Below are positions 1 through 12,991 of a DNA stretch of 64,000 bases, in pieces. The DNA is taken from assembly GCA_051362555.1 (NCBI GenBank), contig CM120648.1, positions 19,836,587 to 19,900,586 of the forward strand, in the 5' to 3' direction. The stretch comes from Lingula anatina (taxonomy: Eukaryota > Animalia > Brachiopoda). The number at the start of each line of letters is the position of its first letter. Position 1 is the stretch's first letter. The position numbers were made by a program, and so were the translations under genes. Under the pieces are notes generated by a model. The model saw nothing but the letters and a program-made list of their open reading frames with translations. It ran no database searches and was not told the DNA's origin.

Positions 1-1
1 C

Positions 2-43
2 GTCTTGATTATTGGAACTCATAAGGACATGTTATGCTCACAG
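2..43 (+). CDS. Gene A exon (5'-partial): ROC GTPase G4-motif region
   Basis: Frame 2 reads VLIIGTHKDMLCSQ (Roco G4 motif I/VGTHxD), followed by donor CAG|GTGAAA in phase 0, matching the next exon. Confidence 0.8.
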
Positions 44-147
44 GTGAAAACGCTTTTCTTATAACAACTATTCAATTACTACCATACTTATTCTATGTAT
101 AATTTGTATCCCTTCAACCACATCACGATTCCTGACGAGTGACTTAA

Positions 148-777
148 AGCAATAATAACTCTTCCTTTGAGATTCAAAAATCCGCATGAAATACATTGTA
201 AAAAACGCATGGAAATATATTCTATTGTATTTTACCACTAAAACGGCCGTTATTGTAGGAAAACTAAAATCTGTGCTTGTCAGTAGGGCTTACGATGCCT
301 TTTTTCCGGTCGACAAGTGCATTCGTTGCTAATGACGTAATGGTGTCACGCGGATTCTCGCGTTCATTTGAGACCAAAATAACATGGCACCAAACGCATT
401 AGTGCAGACGCAGACGTAAGTTGCGAGTTTTTGTACAGTGCGTCGGATAACGAAAAGCCCAGAATGGCACACATTGTGGATATAAATGCATTTTTAACAA
501 AAAGACGAATATATCTCATGAATCTTATATAGTGTTGTTGTTGTCTGCTTTTCCCGCAGTTTTAAGTAGGTCACCAGTGACTTTGCAATGTCAGAGAGAG
601 CTCCGTCAGTTAAAATCTCTTAAGAGATTTTAACAAAAAACCGTACGTTTAGGAAAAAAAAACCTGGATTAACTTTGAATGCAGGAATGGGGTCGTTGGC
701 CATTGGTAAGTACGGGAAAATTGCCGTTTTTTCCAGGAAAATCCAATTTTTGGCCAAAACGAAGAGTTATTATGACT
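148..777. mobile_element. Non-autonomous Kolobok-like TIR element
   Basis: TTAA|AG..ATAATAACTCTT ... AAGAGTTATTATGACT|TTAA. Internal 26-bp palindrome GTTAAAATCTCTTAAGAGATTTTAAC. Related copy at 18736-19072. Confidence 0.7.
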
Positions 778-1055
778 TTAATTATTTAGAAACTTTTCAC
801 TATGTGACTATTTGTGGATGGCATGATTTAATGTTGGGGGAAAAGGGTGTTCCTTGCCCCCTGTACTCCATCCTAATTTTATAGGTTCATTGCAACATAC
901 CCCATTTCTCAACTTGAACAAAGTGGACTATATCATATACACACATACACATACACACATCCCGGTAAATGTTTTCTTTCGCACTGACAATTTAACATTA
1001 TTATATGGTAATGAACAACAACTACAAAAATGTCTTAACTAGTTTTTATTCATAG

Positions 1056-2238
1056 GGCGACGTTGAAAAGATTTTTGATAAACTCAAGAAGTGTCTCGAC
1101 GACAGGCAGGTACTCAAGGACCACGTCTACCGATATTTTGCCATAAGCAACTTGGCCGAAGATGATGGGGAGTTCGCTGAAATAAAAAAAGCGATCGAAG
1201 ATTTGTGCGGTTATAGCAGCAACAGTATTGCTACTGTTCAACATCTTTCAGTGAATTGGATTAAATTGGAAATGAATTTGGCAGAGAAGAGTGAAGAAAC
1301 CCCCATCATATCTATTGAAAAACTGAGGGAAATGGCAAAAAGGGTAGGACTCCCCGATGAAGAATTACAAGAAAAATTCATTCCTTACCATCACCGTCAA
1401 GGCGACATCCTACACTTCAAAGTTGATGGACTGGAAAATGTTGTCATAATAGATCCACTTTGGTTAGCAGTTGTGTTTTCTGCCATCATGACCAATGCCA
1501 GCAGTCAACCTGGAGGCAGTCACTTTGATCTCCTGAAAGACGATCTGAAAAGAGGAGTGCTCAATGAGGAGGTATTTGATGAATATCTAAAACAAATCAA
1601 AATGGCCGAAAAAAAGACTGAAATCATTCAACTTATGCTGCATTTCGACTTGATGTTAGAAATATCCCAAGCAGTTGAAAACCCTCTGCCTGGGTCTGGA
1701 AAGAGAAGATTCATCGTGCCCAGTATGCTGGTATCCAATATCAGTGTAAATAATGCCTTGTCTGAGACGGATCCACAGAAATATTTGCTTATCGCATTCC
1801 CTCACATTCTGTTTCCTATCGGGTTGTTTCATCGTCTGATCATCCGTCTTCTTAGGAAGTATAGAGCTCAGGAATATAAACATAACATTCCAGTTGTTGG
1901 GTTTGACTATGCCTCCTTCCGTTTGGGAGACGAACAATCGGTGCTCCATCTCGCCATTGAAGAAAGGGCCATGAGAATGATGATAACAAATGCTACTGGA
2001 AACAAACCAAAACCTGACATATACTCCAACGCACGGGAAACTGTTGAAAAAGAACTGTCAACTCTTAAGGACACGTACTGTCCCAGGATGCAGTTAGGCT
2101 TTTGCATTCGGTTAAATGACAAAGGAAAAGATATTCCAATAAAAGCAGAAGACGTCCAAGAAAACGATGAGATATGTAGATCTGTAGAGGGCACTGAAAT
2201 GCCAATCCATGTGACACCGTATCGTGTTTGGTTTTCAG
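1056..2238 (+). CDS. Gene A exon: ROC C-terminus and COR domain
   Basis: Acceptor catag|GGC. Open frame GDVEKIFD...YFAISN...WIKLE...YHHRQGDILHF...VVIIDPLWL...FIVPSML...FPIGLFHRLI, which are typical COR motifs. Donor G|GTAAGC in phase 1. Confidence 0.9.
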
Positions 2239-2682
2239 GTAAGCATTAAAATTTTAGGTAGTTTTGCTGTAAACAGACATTATGTTCCTGAATATAATTA
2301 GGGGTAATACAGTCATTGAAATCGGTGATACTTAAACTGATGTAAATGCAACTAATCATATTGGGTGATGTACTATGATGTATATGAAGAGAATTAATAT
2401 TTCAAATTGTTGCCAATAAACCAAACTTTATATATTTTAAAATAATGTAACTTGATAAATACCCAAAGGTATTTTTTATAATCCCCGAAAATGATATCTT
2501 TACAGATCTTATCAGCATTTTTCCCCTTGGCAAATTTTTGCCCATCGCCTTTGTTAGAACAGTATAAATATTGCCCATAAAGTCATGCAATTTATATTTT
2601 AATCATTCCAACAAAACGAGTTTTACATGGGCATCAACGTCTGTGTGAGGGTAAGACTGTTGCAGTTCTATGTGCCGAACAT

Positions 2683-3497
2683 TTTTATGTACAGAAACAG
2701 ATGTGTCTGTACACATAGCCGTCACCTGCGTCTGTCGTCGCAGTTGCCGTAGGCCGTCACCATTGTCGCCGTTGCCGTGCACTCAGCAATAACACGATAA
2801 GTGGAATACCATTTTACATTTTGTATTCAAATTTGCATATATGCAGCACTGATAACACAATATAAGAAAAACAGATGGGCAAATTGCCATTATACTCACA
2901 GGATTGGTCAACCTTTCTGAAACGTAGGACGAGTTTGAAAATCAGCATAATCTGGCCATTATTTTATAAGTTATGCTGTTTTTTCACATTTCTTCAGATT
3001 CAATTCTTAGGCATGTTAACAGTCTCATTATTTAACTAATAAGATACCTAAAAGTGTTTGTTTGATATTTCCTGCATCTTTACAACATTGTTAGTTGATT
3101 ATGTAAAAATGATGGTAAACTTGTTATCATGTATTGTATAATAAAGTGTCAAAAATGGAAATAAACTCATATAACTGCAGTTTGTAAGATTCAATCATTC
3201 ACTATGATAATGTTCAGAAACTCAGAATGGACTAAATTGGACATAAAACACTGTTCTATTGATATTTTTATGAAAATGGCAGTAAACTGTTAATTTTGTT
3301 ATATGTTAAAAATTTGTTAAAAATGAAAAAAAAATGCATTTCAGGACAGTGCTGTCTTGTCTACATTTTGGCATTTTCAAGGTGTGACTTTGAAGTTCCA
3401 TGGGCCTGAAGACCTTTGCTAGTCACATTTTCTGAATATCCGTGATACTAATATTTTATTATTAAAAATTGATGGTTATTATCCTGTTAAACATTAT
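2683..3497 (+). mobile_element. Helentron/HINE-type repeat, 3'-truncated
   Basis: Starts TTTTTATGTACAGAAACAGATGTGTCTGTACA (subTIR plus inverted repeat); closely similar to 5952-6580. Confidence 0.65.
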
Positions 3498-4320
3498 AAT
3501 TCATTCCTTACCATCACCAGCAAGGCGACATCCTACACTTTAAAATTGATGGACTGGAAAATGTCGTCATAATAGATCCACTTTAGTTAGCAGTTGTGTT
3601 TTCTGCCATCATGACCCCGACCAGCATTCACTCTGGATGTAGTCGTGGGAGTCCTAAAAGAGGAGGTATTTGATGAGTATCTAAAAGAATTTAAGATGGC
3701 TGAAAAAAAGACTGAAATCATTCGACTTATGCTGCATTTCGACTTGATGTTAGAAATATCCCAATCAGTTGAAAACCCTCTGCCTGGACATGGAAAAAGA
3801 AGATTCATCGTACCCAGTATGCTAGTATAAAATAACAGTGCAAATGAGACAAATCCGCAGAAATATTTGCTTATCGCATTCCCTCATATTCTGTTTCTTA
3901 CTGGGTTATTTCATTGTGTGACCGTCCGTCTTCTATGGAAGTATAAAGCTCAGCAATATAAAAATAACATCCCAGTTGTCGGGTTTGACAGCGCCTCCTT
4001 CCGCCTGGCTGATAAACAGTCGGTGCTGCATCTCGCCATTGAAAATAAGGCCATGAAGTTGTTTATAACTAACGCCACTGGACTCCCTCCAAAGACTCAT
4101 GTGTACTCAGAAGCAACAAAAACAGTTGAAAATGAGTTGACAGTCCTTCGGGATACATACTGCCCCAGGATGCATTTTGGCTACAGCATCAGGTTAAAAA
4201 ATGACGGACCCAATATTCCAATAAATGCGCATGACGTCCAAACAGCCGATTCCATATGTGTGTATGTAGAGAACTCTGAAGTGTCGGTAGATTTAAGGCC
4301 ATATCGCGTTTGGTTTTCCG
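3498..4320 (+). pseudogene. Decayed, 5'-truncated duplicate of the COR exon
   Basis: Paralogous to about 1376-2238. TGG>TAG at 3584-3586, deletion/frameshift near 3615-3650, TAA at 3828-3830. Donor G|GTAAGC retained, no acceptor. Confidence 0.85.
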
Positions 4321-4990
4321 GTAAGCAGTTTGAAATATCACGTAGTGTTGTTGTGAATAGACATTAGGCCCTATGCTATTTTAACATAGAACATGCATTC
4401 CGTGTTAATTGGTTCACAGATCTTAACATTTTAAAAGATCCCTGATTACACAGCATGTAATATCTGAAACCAGATACCATTAGAAAATTTAGGTTTGATT
4501 AGTTTTAATTTTCAAAGTAATTTATCTGGAAAAAAGTATTAAGGATATTTCTGTTTTGTACATATATTTTTGAAAATATTGATTTTTTACACAAACACTA
4601 ATGACATACAATGTTAGTTATTTCTTATGAATACTCAATTGTATATGCAATAGACTAAAAATGCACAATTAGAAATTAATGGGAAAATTTATATTAATCT
4701 ACCCTTCTTAAATGAACTAGGTACTTGTTTGTAACATTTTTATTAGAAACAAAAGGCAAGATATCGTATTCAGATTTTACTCAAACATGTTATGAATTAG
4801 CAACCTGTGATAACAAGTCATTAGAAACATGTCAGTGAGAAATAAAACCAAAATTAACAATCATTTCGGAATGACACTTGGATTTTGCAAGGAAAAGTAC
4901 GGCGTAGGATAGGACATAAAGTATTTTGATGGGGCCCTAGAGGCCAAGTGCCAATATATAATATATATTAGGCCAATCTTACCATTTTAG

Positions 4991-5040
4991 CAGCCCCAGA
5001 GAATCAAGACCGTCGTGCAGCCAAGTGTCCTGAAACGGAG
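4991..5040 (+). CDS. Gene A linker micro-exon with GC donor
   Basis: ttttag|CA GCC CCA GAG...ACG GAG|gcaagt, reading (A)APENQDRRAAKCPETE. Converts phase 1 (COR exon) to phase 0 (first caspase exon). Confidence 0.65.
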
Positions 5041-5362
5041 GCAAGTTATGAGCTTTTAAATACGTTTGTGTCTTAGTACTGTGCAGCAAACACATAACGT
5101 TATTATAACGTTGCCATATCATATGTCCAAAAACATTTTGGTAACATTATAGTAACGTTTTGTGTTTGCTGACCATTATCCTCACTTGCACAAGTTTTAG
5201 TAAGACCATGAAATTAAATGTACTTGTATATACACAATCGTAAGAAAAATTGGATACACTTAGGCATAAATGCGCACTTTTCACTCTGTTACACTTGCTA
5301 TACGACCTTCGATATTTCTAATGATAAATTTCACATAAAGACAGTGTATGTGTGCGTTTCAG

Positions 5363-5533
5363 TACAAGAACGATTCCGAACCAAGAGGTCGTGCACTCAT
5401 TATCAACAACAAGACATTTTCCGTGGACTGGCTTTCAGAACGTGATGGTACCGAGGTAGATGTTGTTGCCTTGAGGAAACTATTCCGTTACCTCCATTAT
5501 GAGACAGACGTTATCAGTAACCTGACTGCACAT
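5363..5533 (+). CDS. Gene A caspase large-subunit exon 1
   Basis: tttcag|YKNDSEPRGRALIINNKTF...ERDGTEVDVVALRKLFRYLHY...NLTAH|gtgagt; canonical peptidase C14A start. Confidence 0.9.
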
Positions 5534-6726
5534 GTGAGTTCATTAATAAGATCATGGTGTGTTTGTAATAAAACGAACATCGTAAAAGCCAAATGGCTTT
5601 TAGGTTTCAAAGACTAACATACTTTTTGGTGATATCTCAATATATTTATCAGTGACACAAAGATGATACAATTGATACTTGAACCTTTTGGTTCAAAACA
5701 GGTGTTGTCAAACAAACTTTTCGGTCACATTTTATTATGTTTATCTATTTCACTGCAATATATTTTTCTACTAAAATGAAACTTTTCACTCGTTTCTGTT
5801 CATTGCATGTATTTGTATTTATATGAGAGACGTATGGTACACTGTATAGTTATACAACATTGGTCAAAAAGGTTGTCCCACCCCTATTTCCATGTACTTT
5901 TATTTACAAATGATCACCTTACAGCTGTAAATTGTTAGAAATAGTGCTTTTTTATGTACAGACACAGATGTGTCTGTACATATAGCCATCATCTGCGTCT
6001 GTCGTCGCCGTCGGCGCCGTTGTCGCCGTCGTGCACTTTTACCGATAACACGATAAGTGGAACACCGTTTTTGCTTTTGGCTTGAAACTTACAGAACTGG
6101 TGAATATTCCTAATACGCAGGTCAAGTTCAAAAATCATCATGATCGGGCCATTTTTAGGGAAGTTATGCTGTTTTTTCACTTTTTTCAGCATATATGCAG
6201 CACCGATAACACGATAAGTGGAAAACCATTTTACTTTTTAGCTTGAAACTTACAAAACTGATGAATATTCATAATCCGCAGGTCAAGTTCGAAAATCAGC
6301 ATGATCGGGCCTTTATTTTAGAAGTTATGCTGTTTTTTCACATTTCCTCAGATTCAATTCTTAGGCATGTTAACAGTCTCATTATTTAACTAATAAGATA
6401 CGTAAAAGTGTTTGTTTGATATTTCCTGCATCTTTACAATATTGTTAATTGATTGTGTAAAAATGATGGTAAACTTGTTATCGTGTATTGTGTAATAAAG
6501 TGTCAAAAATGGTAATAAACTCATCATTGCAGTTTGTCAGATTCAATCATCCACTATGTTCAGAATCTCAGAATGGAGGAAATTGCCTTACAATAATGGC
6601 TAATATACTAAAATCATTAAAATGACTACAATATTTTAATCATAAACTCTCATTGGAAACCATTTAAAATTTACACTACTAAAAATCAATCTTATTAAAA
6701 AAAACATATATATATTAAAATAAAAT

Positions 6727-7353
6727 CTAAGAGATATAGACAGAATTAAAAAAGTGGGTCTTTAAAAGAGATTTAAAATTGTCAAAGTCTTCTGTTTTCC
6801 TAATAAAATTTGGTAGACCATTCCACACTCTTGGGTCGTAGATTATAAAAGCACGATCTCCATAACTTTTTAGGCACCCCTTCTCTAAAACAGAATGTTC
6901 TAAAATAAAATCATTCTCAGTATTAAAACGTGTGGACCGCCGTGGTAAGTTAAAACAGATAAGATCAGATAAATATAATGGTCCTTGTGAATGGATCGCC
7001 TTAAAAATAATACAGAGTACTTTAAAATCAATCCTCTGCTTCACAGGCAGCCAGTGTAATTCTTTCAGAATGGGAGTGATATGGTGTGTACTATTGTACT
7101 TAATTTGACAAACCAGTCTTGCAGCTGAGTTTTGAATAACTTGTAACTTTTTAATCTGATAGTCACAAATACCAAAGAGGAGACTATTGCAGTAATCTAA
7201 TCTTGATGATATAAATGCATGTACTAATTTTTCAGTGGTTTTGTTATCTAACACTTTCCTTATTTTTCCAATGCGCCATAGTGCATAAGATGCTGATTTA
7301 CACACTTCAGATACACGCTTGCCCATAGTGCCATTTTCATCATTTACTATCAT
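6727..7353 (-). mobile_element. 5'-truncated L2/CR1-group LINE, ORF2 C-terminus
   Basis: LVHAFISSRLDYCNSLL...KLQVIQNSAARLV...HITPILKELHWLPVKQRIDFK...FKSLLKTHFF. Confidence 0.9.
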
Positions 7354-8326
7354 TTAAAGCCAACATGTTCACTTTCATCCATTCTCGAATCTCTGCAAGA
7401 CAAGTCTCCATAGAAGTGATTGTTGCAGACTGGCTGCTCTTGCATGTAATATATACTTGTGTATGGGACTGTCAAACCTTTAAAAAAGAAACACAGGACT
7501 AAAATGCAGAATGAGTTGGAAAAGCAGTCTAATTGGCTTCTTTTTCTGGAAGTTATACATTTGAGTGAAATATTCATTATCTTTTTGGCATATTCATTGT
7601 GGGACTCGGAGCTCCCATGGACATGAAGCCGAATGGTAATCAAGTTTTCTACATGTCCATGCTATTTACTGTCAATAATCAAAGATTGGTGATAATTATT
7701 CTATAATTTATTATGTAATGTTACATCAAAATTGACAACAATATTTTTGCATTGCTACTGCAAACATTATGAAAAGAAAACTATGTTACTTATTATTATT
7801 TTTAACTTACAAGTATGATTTTTAGGATTAGCATGCAGTTCAAATTAGAAAGCCAGGTCAATTGGGTTATCATTTATTATTGAATTTATGCAATTTTGTG
7901 TGAAATTTTCATTTTTCTCATTCTGGCACTTTCTAAGTATAAACTTGAACTCTGATGGGCCTGAAGCCTTATGATTTTACTTTCGTCGTTGTTACCTGTT
8001 GTGCATAATTAAAATTTGATGTTGACTGTGCAGTAAAACATAATGTATTATTGCATCAGAATTGGTAGTCTCCTATTTTGTGCATTATTGTTTTGTGCTT
8101 TTCTTAAGATGTGACTTATGGGCCTGAAAGACCTTTGAGAGGGTCAGTCTGTTAATATCCCTTGGGTATCACTTAGCTAATTTCTGAGTTATAAAGTCAT
8201 TTGCCTAATTGATAGGCCATTGAATGAGATTACATAAAGCACACTTGTTGATATTTCCTTGTAAACTCCCAAAAGTTAAGCTCTCTGCTAGATTAATAAT
8301 AAGGAAGCAGTGATAATTATGCAGGC

Positions 8327-8381
<55 letters not shown>

Positions 8382-8422
8382 CAAAGATTAAAAGTTTGAA
8401 TAGCAGCTTTATTGAAATTATA

Positions 8423-8656
8423 TTTACCTCAGGCTCTGCCTAGGAGGATAATTTTCACCCTTGTTTGTCTGTTATCAACATAACTCAAAAAGTTATGGAC
8501 CGATTTTGCTGAAATTTTCAGGAACTTTTAGAATTGGGCCAAAGAGGACAATGATTAGTTTTTAGTGGTGGTCTGGCTCAATAATCAATCAATAATCAAC
8601 AATAATCAACAATTGCTGCCTTGGCAGAGGTCTGCACACTCGGTGGTTTTCTAGTT
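8423..8656 (+). mobile_element. Short Helitron/HINE-like element
   Basis: TTTACCTC...CTGCCTAGGAGG start and CCTTGGCAGAGG...CTAGTTT end. Confidence 0.5.
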
Positions 8657-11013
8657 TTGTTATGTTTTCCTTTACAATCTTTTCTCAAACACTTGCATTT
8701 GTGACTTTTAACTCTCATCCGCTCGAGGCTCTGCACATTTTCTGTATTTCCACATAAGCAATTGTATTGTTTTTTATGTCTTTAAACATTATATAAAATT
8801 ATTTTATGCACTGTCATCATTTTTCAAATATTGAGACTTTCATCATGTGACTATATTCTCTCATGGTCCTGAAACTGTAATCTTATTGAAGGGGTGGATT
8901 GAGACCATCTTCTGGGTCTTCTTGAAGACAGGTTATTAAGTTTATATTGACTGGTATCTATTTTTTTCTGTTGGAAGACCATCAAAATGGAGGATGGATC
9001 AACATAGATACTTTGGAATACTGTCAGAAAATATCTCCGGGTCCGCTCCAGTTATTGACCATGTTACCTGTTGTGCATGATTAAAATTCAATGTTGACTG
9101 ACAGTGCTATTACAAGCATTATTTATTATTGCATCAAAATTGACAAAATGACCTTTTTTTGCATCTTTATTTTCTGTTTTTTTGTCTGTACATTTGACAG
9201 CTTTGCTGCCTTGTATTACGGATACCGTGTCTAACGTGATTAATGGTTTTAAGATTACAAAATAGTGGTGAAAATATACATATTTTATACCATTTAGTAA
9301 AATTTATAAGAGGTACCCCCTCAAATCGACTGTTTCACTGTGACTACAGATGTAAAGAAATGTCTATAAAATTGAAATGACGCCATCAAATGTCACCAAA
9401 TTCACACACAATAAGCATTAGGGTATGCTCGATAAAGGTCATGTGCCTAACAGCATGTGCGTCTACCGCGTACTGCAATTATCTTCTGTAGATGGCAACA
9501 AGCCTTCAACACGGGTTACAATTCTGCTTTGTGGGATATTGTCCGATTCTTCTTAAACAAGCTGGGGGATTTGGCCCAGGTTTTTATGGGGTTGGTTCTC
9601 CTTTGCATTGCACACTCCAATTCATGTCACAGTTGATTAGTAAGTTTAATATCAGGGCTCAAAGATGGTGGTGCCATCCTTAGGCCATTGTGTTTCTTCA
9701 ACAAACACTTGCCAGGCGAAAGGTGTGAGCAAGTGTGCAGTCATGATAAAGCCTGAAGTTAACCTTAAAGTCAGTTCTTGAAGATGGAATGAGATATCAG
9801 CTGAGAATGCTACGTTCAGTGATCCCACAGGCACCTGAACCTGGTCATCCATCACTGGAAGGAAGTCGATTTTTGATGCAGAATTAAATTATTACTTGTA
9901 TCCCATCGATGGTCAAAAAGGGTCCATAAACATGTTATGAAATATCTCTAGGAAGGGTGTGTGTAGGGTAATATGGCCTGAGGTGTCAGATCAATCTGCA
10001 TTTGGAGAACATTCCAAGCCCATGATATAAGTACATTGTTCCTTTTGGAACAAAACGTAACAGGGACATTTTTATGTAACATTCTCAACAGAAATCTCAT
10101 TCTATTTGCAAGAGGTGACTTCAGGGATGCAACTGGCCCCATTATGACAAGGCGCTTGTTCACAGCTCTCGTCTGGCAAATGATTTGTTGCAGAAACACA
10201 GGGCTCTGAGGATGGGACAACCGTCTTTGAGTCCGGATATTAATCCTACTGAGCACCTGTTGCATGAATTGGAATGTGCATTGCAGAGGAGAACCAATTC
10301 CTAAATAATCTTGACCAATTCCGCCACACTCTTTAGGCGGAATGGGACAATATCCCACATAACAGAATTGTTGCCCATGTTGAAGGCTTGTCGCGCCATC
10401 TACAGGAGATAATTGCAGTACGCGGTAGATGCACACGCTGTTAGCACGTGATCTTTAACGAGCGCACCCTAATGCTAATTGTATGTGAATTTGGTGACAT
10501 TTGATGGCGTCTTTTAAATTTTATAGACATTTCTTTACATCTGTAGAAATCACAGTGAAACAGTCGAACTGAGGTGTACCTCTTATAAATTTAACTAAAT
10601 GGTATAAAATGTGTATATTTTCACCACTTTTTTGTATTTTTTTAACCATGAATCATGTTAGACACGGTATCCATAATAAAAAGCTCTATTTCTAACAGTT
10701 CACAGCTGTGAGGTGATCATTTGTAAATAAAAGTACATGGAAATGGGGGTGGGACAACCTTTTTGACCAATGTTGTATACAGACAGACATGGCGTACAAT
10801 CTACAAATATACCACCATATGTCCGTCCTCAGTGGCTACTGCCTTTCACATTCTCTGTTAGTGTCAAGTATGAATTGATGCTGCCATTTTGCTTTATGCT
10901 GTCGTTGATAACCCAATTCTGTACGTACCACGTCTCTGCAGTCATTACATGCTATTGCGTTTGAGGTACACAATGTTTTTATGTCACTTCTTCTTTTATT
11001 TTAATGTGTAAAG

Positions 11014-11233
11014 GAAATGAAGGAAGAAATAGAACAAGAAAGTCAAAGAGACGATCACAAGATCTACGATTCTTTCATCTTGTTTCTACTGAGCCATGGT
11101 ACCAAGGGTGCTGTTTATGGAACGGATGGCTATCCTTTACCCTTCAAAGATATCAAAGCCATTTTGAATAACAGGAACTGTCTTGGCCTGTCGGGCAAAC
11201 CGAAAATGATATTTATTCAGGCTTGCCAGGGAA
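11014..11233 (+). CDS. Gene A caspase catalytic exon
   Basis: FILFLLSHG (His codon 11095-11097) ... GKPKMIFIQACQG (11218-11232). Acceptor aag|, donor A|gtaagt. Confidence 0.95.
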
Positions 11234-11495
11234 GTAAGTTATGGAATGTATTACACAAGCTTGAATACCTGCGATGAAAATAACATGCAAAATTATTAAA
11301 CAAATGTATTGAGATATTAAACTGTATTAACAGTTTGTCTCCTTTAAATTATATTCAGCCACACGAAACGAATGACGCTTAGTTTTATGTTATTGTTTAA
11401 TTAGTTAATACTGATATCAATTCTAACTTATATGTAAACATGTAATCCACATAAGGGTGTATGGGGTATTTCATTTTTTTTCCATATTCACCCAG

Positions 11496-11666
11496 ATAAA
11501 TTGGACAGTGGGACACTCCTGGACGGACAAACAGTTCAACAACCACAGCAAGCACCACCTGCAGCAAACCTTGGCGATGAGGTACCCGATGCGCCACACG
11601 AGATTCCAAAGCCATCCAATGATCCGACTATGTCTGATTTTCTCGCGGTCCATGCGACGTCACCAG
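11496..11666 (+). CDS. Gene A caspase intersubunit linker and small-subunit start
   Basis: cccag|(N)KLDSG...GDEVPDAPHE...PTMSDFLAVHATSP|gtac; phase 1-1. Confidence 0.85.
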
Positions 11667-12881
11667 GTACTTTAACCGTGTTTCTTTGTATGCCATTTTA
11701 CTTAGGCCTTACAAATGTGTTTTTCGTCAGAAAAAAAAATCAAAATGATAAGGTGCACGTGGTGATGCTGGGATTATGGCATTTTGCCTCAGGTAGAAGA
11801 TGGTGTGCATTTTGTGGTCTTTCGACATATTGTGGAGAACTGTATTGTACGTGTATACTTTAAAATGCGCACTACATTACTGCACCAGTAAATACTGAAA
11901 ATGGTGCATGTATTTTTATACAGTATCAAACAAAATATATGTGCCAAATTTAATTAAAATTTACGTACATTTTTGCCATAATGCCTTTAAAAATGCGTTC
12001 ACAATCACTATGAAAAAAGAAAGTGTGTCGAGACGTTACCTAATTGTATTTGGGATGCTGTCAGATGATTTCTTTCGATAAAAAAGACTTTGTAGCTTAT
12101 GCAAATGTTGAGAAAAAAACATGCCGATTATGGAAAATTCAATTATCAAAATTTAAACTACGTAATTCGACAGATTTTAATTTAATTTAATTTAAAAATC
12201 GCCATCATGTATTTCTGACATTGAATTCTCAGTGTGCACAAAGTGTAGGCATCGAAGGCATTCATGAATGTCGACATGTTTGATTCTTTGAATCAGACGC
12301 TTAATGTTACTTGATAGTAGCAGAGGCATGCCAGGGAAAACAGAGGAAGAAAAACAAGTTCTGGTTTTTCTTGATTGAAGGCTTCGATTTGTTGAAGGGC
12401 AATTCTGTATAGCCTGGTTTCCAAAGATCGTGTGGCAGGCATATCAGCAAAACAAAATGCATCGCCAAGGACCCGAATGCCATGGCAAAATGTTTTAAGT
12501 TTACTTTGTTATTTTGATACAAATAAGCTTCCAGTTGACATAGATTTGACTGGTCTCCAACTTTCCATGCTGCACTGTGCCTGACCGAAACCCCCCCCCC
12601 CCCTTAAAATGAGTAGTGATTCAGTGTTCCAATGATGCCTGCGACGGCTAGAAACGTGACCCGTATTATTGGCCTTTTGGAGATCATTTCAGGTCGGTTC
12701 ACTGTAACACTATCGGCAAATATACTTTACTAATAGTTCCTCTATCTACGCGATTTATGAAATTTGCTTTTCCGCTCTCTCAGTGAGACTAAGTACTGTT
12801 ATATTAACAAAATAAAAATAAACAGTACCGTTGGATCTACGAGTAAATAATACATTAAGGCTTCAGTATTTTCTGTTTCAG

Positions 12882-12991
12882 ATTACGTATCTTGGCGACA
12901 CACGGGAAAGGGAACATGGTTTGTTCAATCCATTGTCGATACATTTTATCGTGAAGCACACAAATATGACGTTTTACAAATGTTGGTGAAT
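12882..12991 (+). CDS. Gene A caspase small-subunit exon
   Basis: tttcag|(D)YVSWRHTGKGTWFVQSIVDTFYREAHKYDVLQMLVN|gtaagt; SWR and GTWF motifs. Not in the ORF track. Confidence 0.9.

Larger units (their letters stand above)
5952..9213 (+). mobile_element. Helentron/HINE-type element nested in the Tc1 arm
   Basis: 5' ATGTACAGACACAGATGTGTCTGTACAT palindrome in a T-run; 3' TGTCTGTACAT subTIR plus GACAGCtttGCTGCC hairpin. The flanks rejoin into the Tc1 arm sequence. Confidence 0.7.
5855..10775. mobile_element. Tc1-derived foldback element with long inverted arms, interrupted by a nested insertion
   Basis: TA|CAACATTGGTCAAAAAGGTTGTCCCACCCC ... GGGGTGGGACAACCTTTTTGACCAATGTTG|TA. Left arm is 5855-5951 plus 9214 to about 9850; right arm is about 10050-10775. 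Decayed transposase C-terminus (SLSPDINPTEHLLHEL). Confidence 0.8.

Noticed and set aside
3645-4367. Second functional COR gene or exon
   Set aside because: Two stop codons, a frameshift and no splice acceptor.
9948-10436. 162-aa minus-strand ORF with a 'paralogue' at 9492-9683
   Set aside because: These are antisense frames of decayed Tc1 transposase in the two arms of a foldback element.
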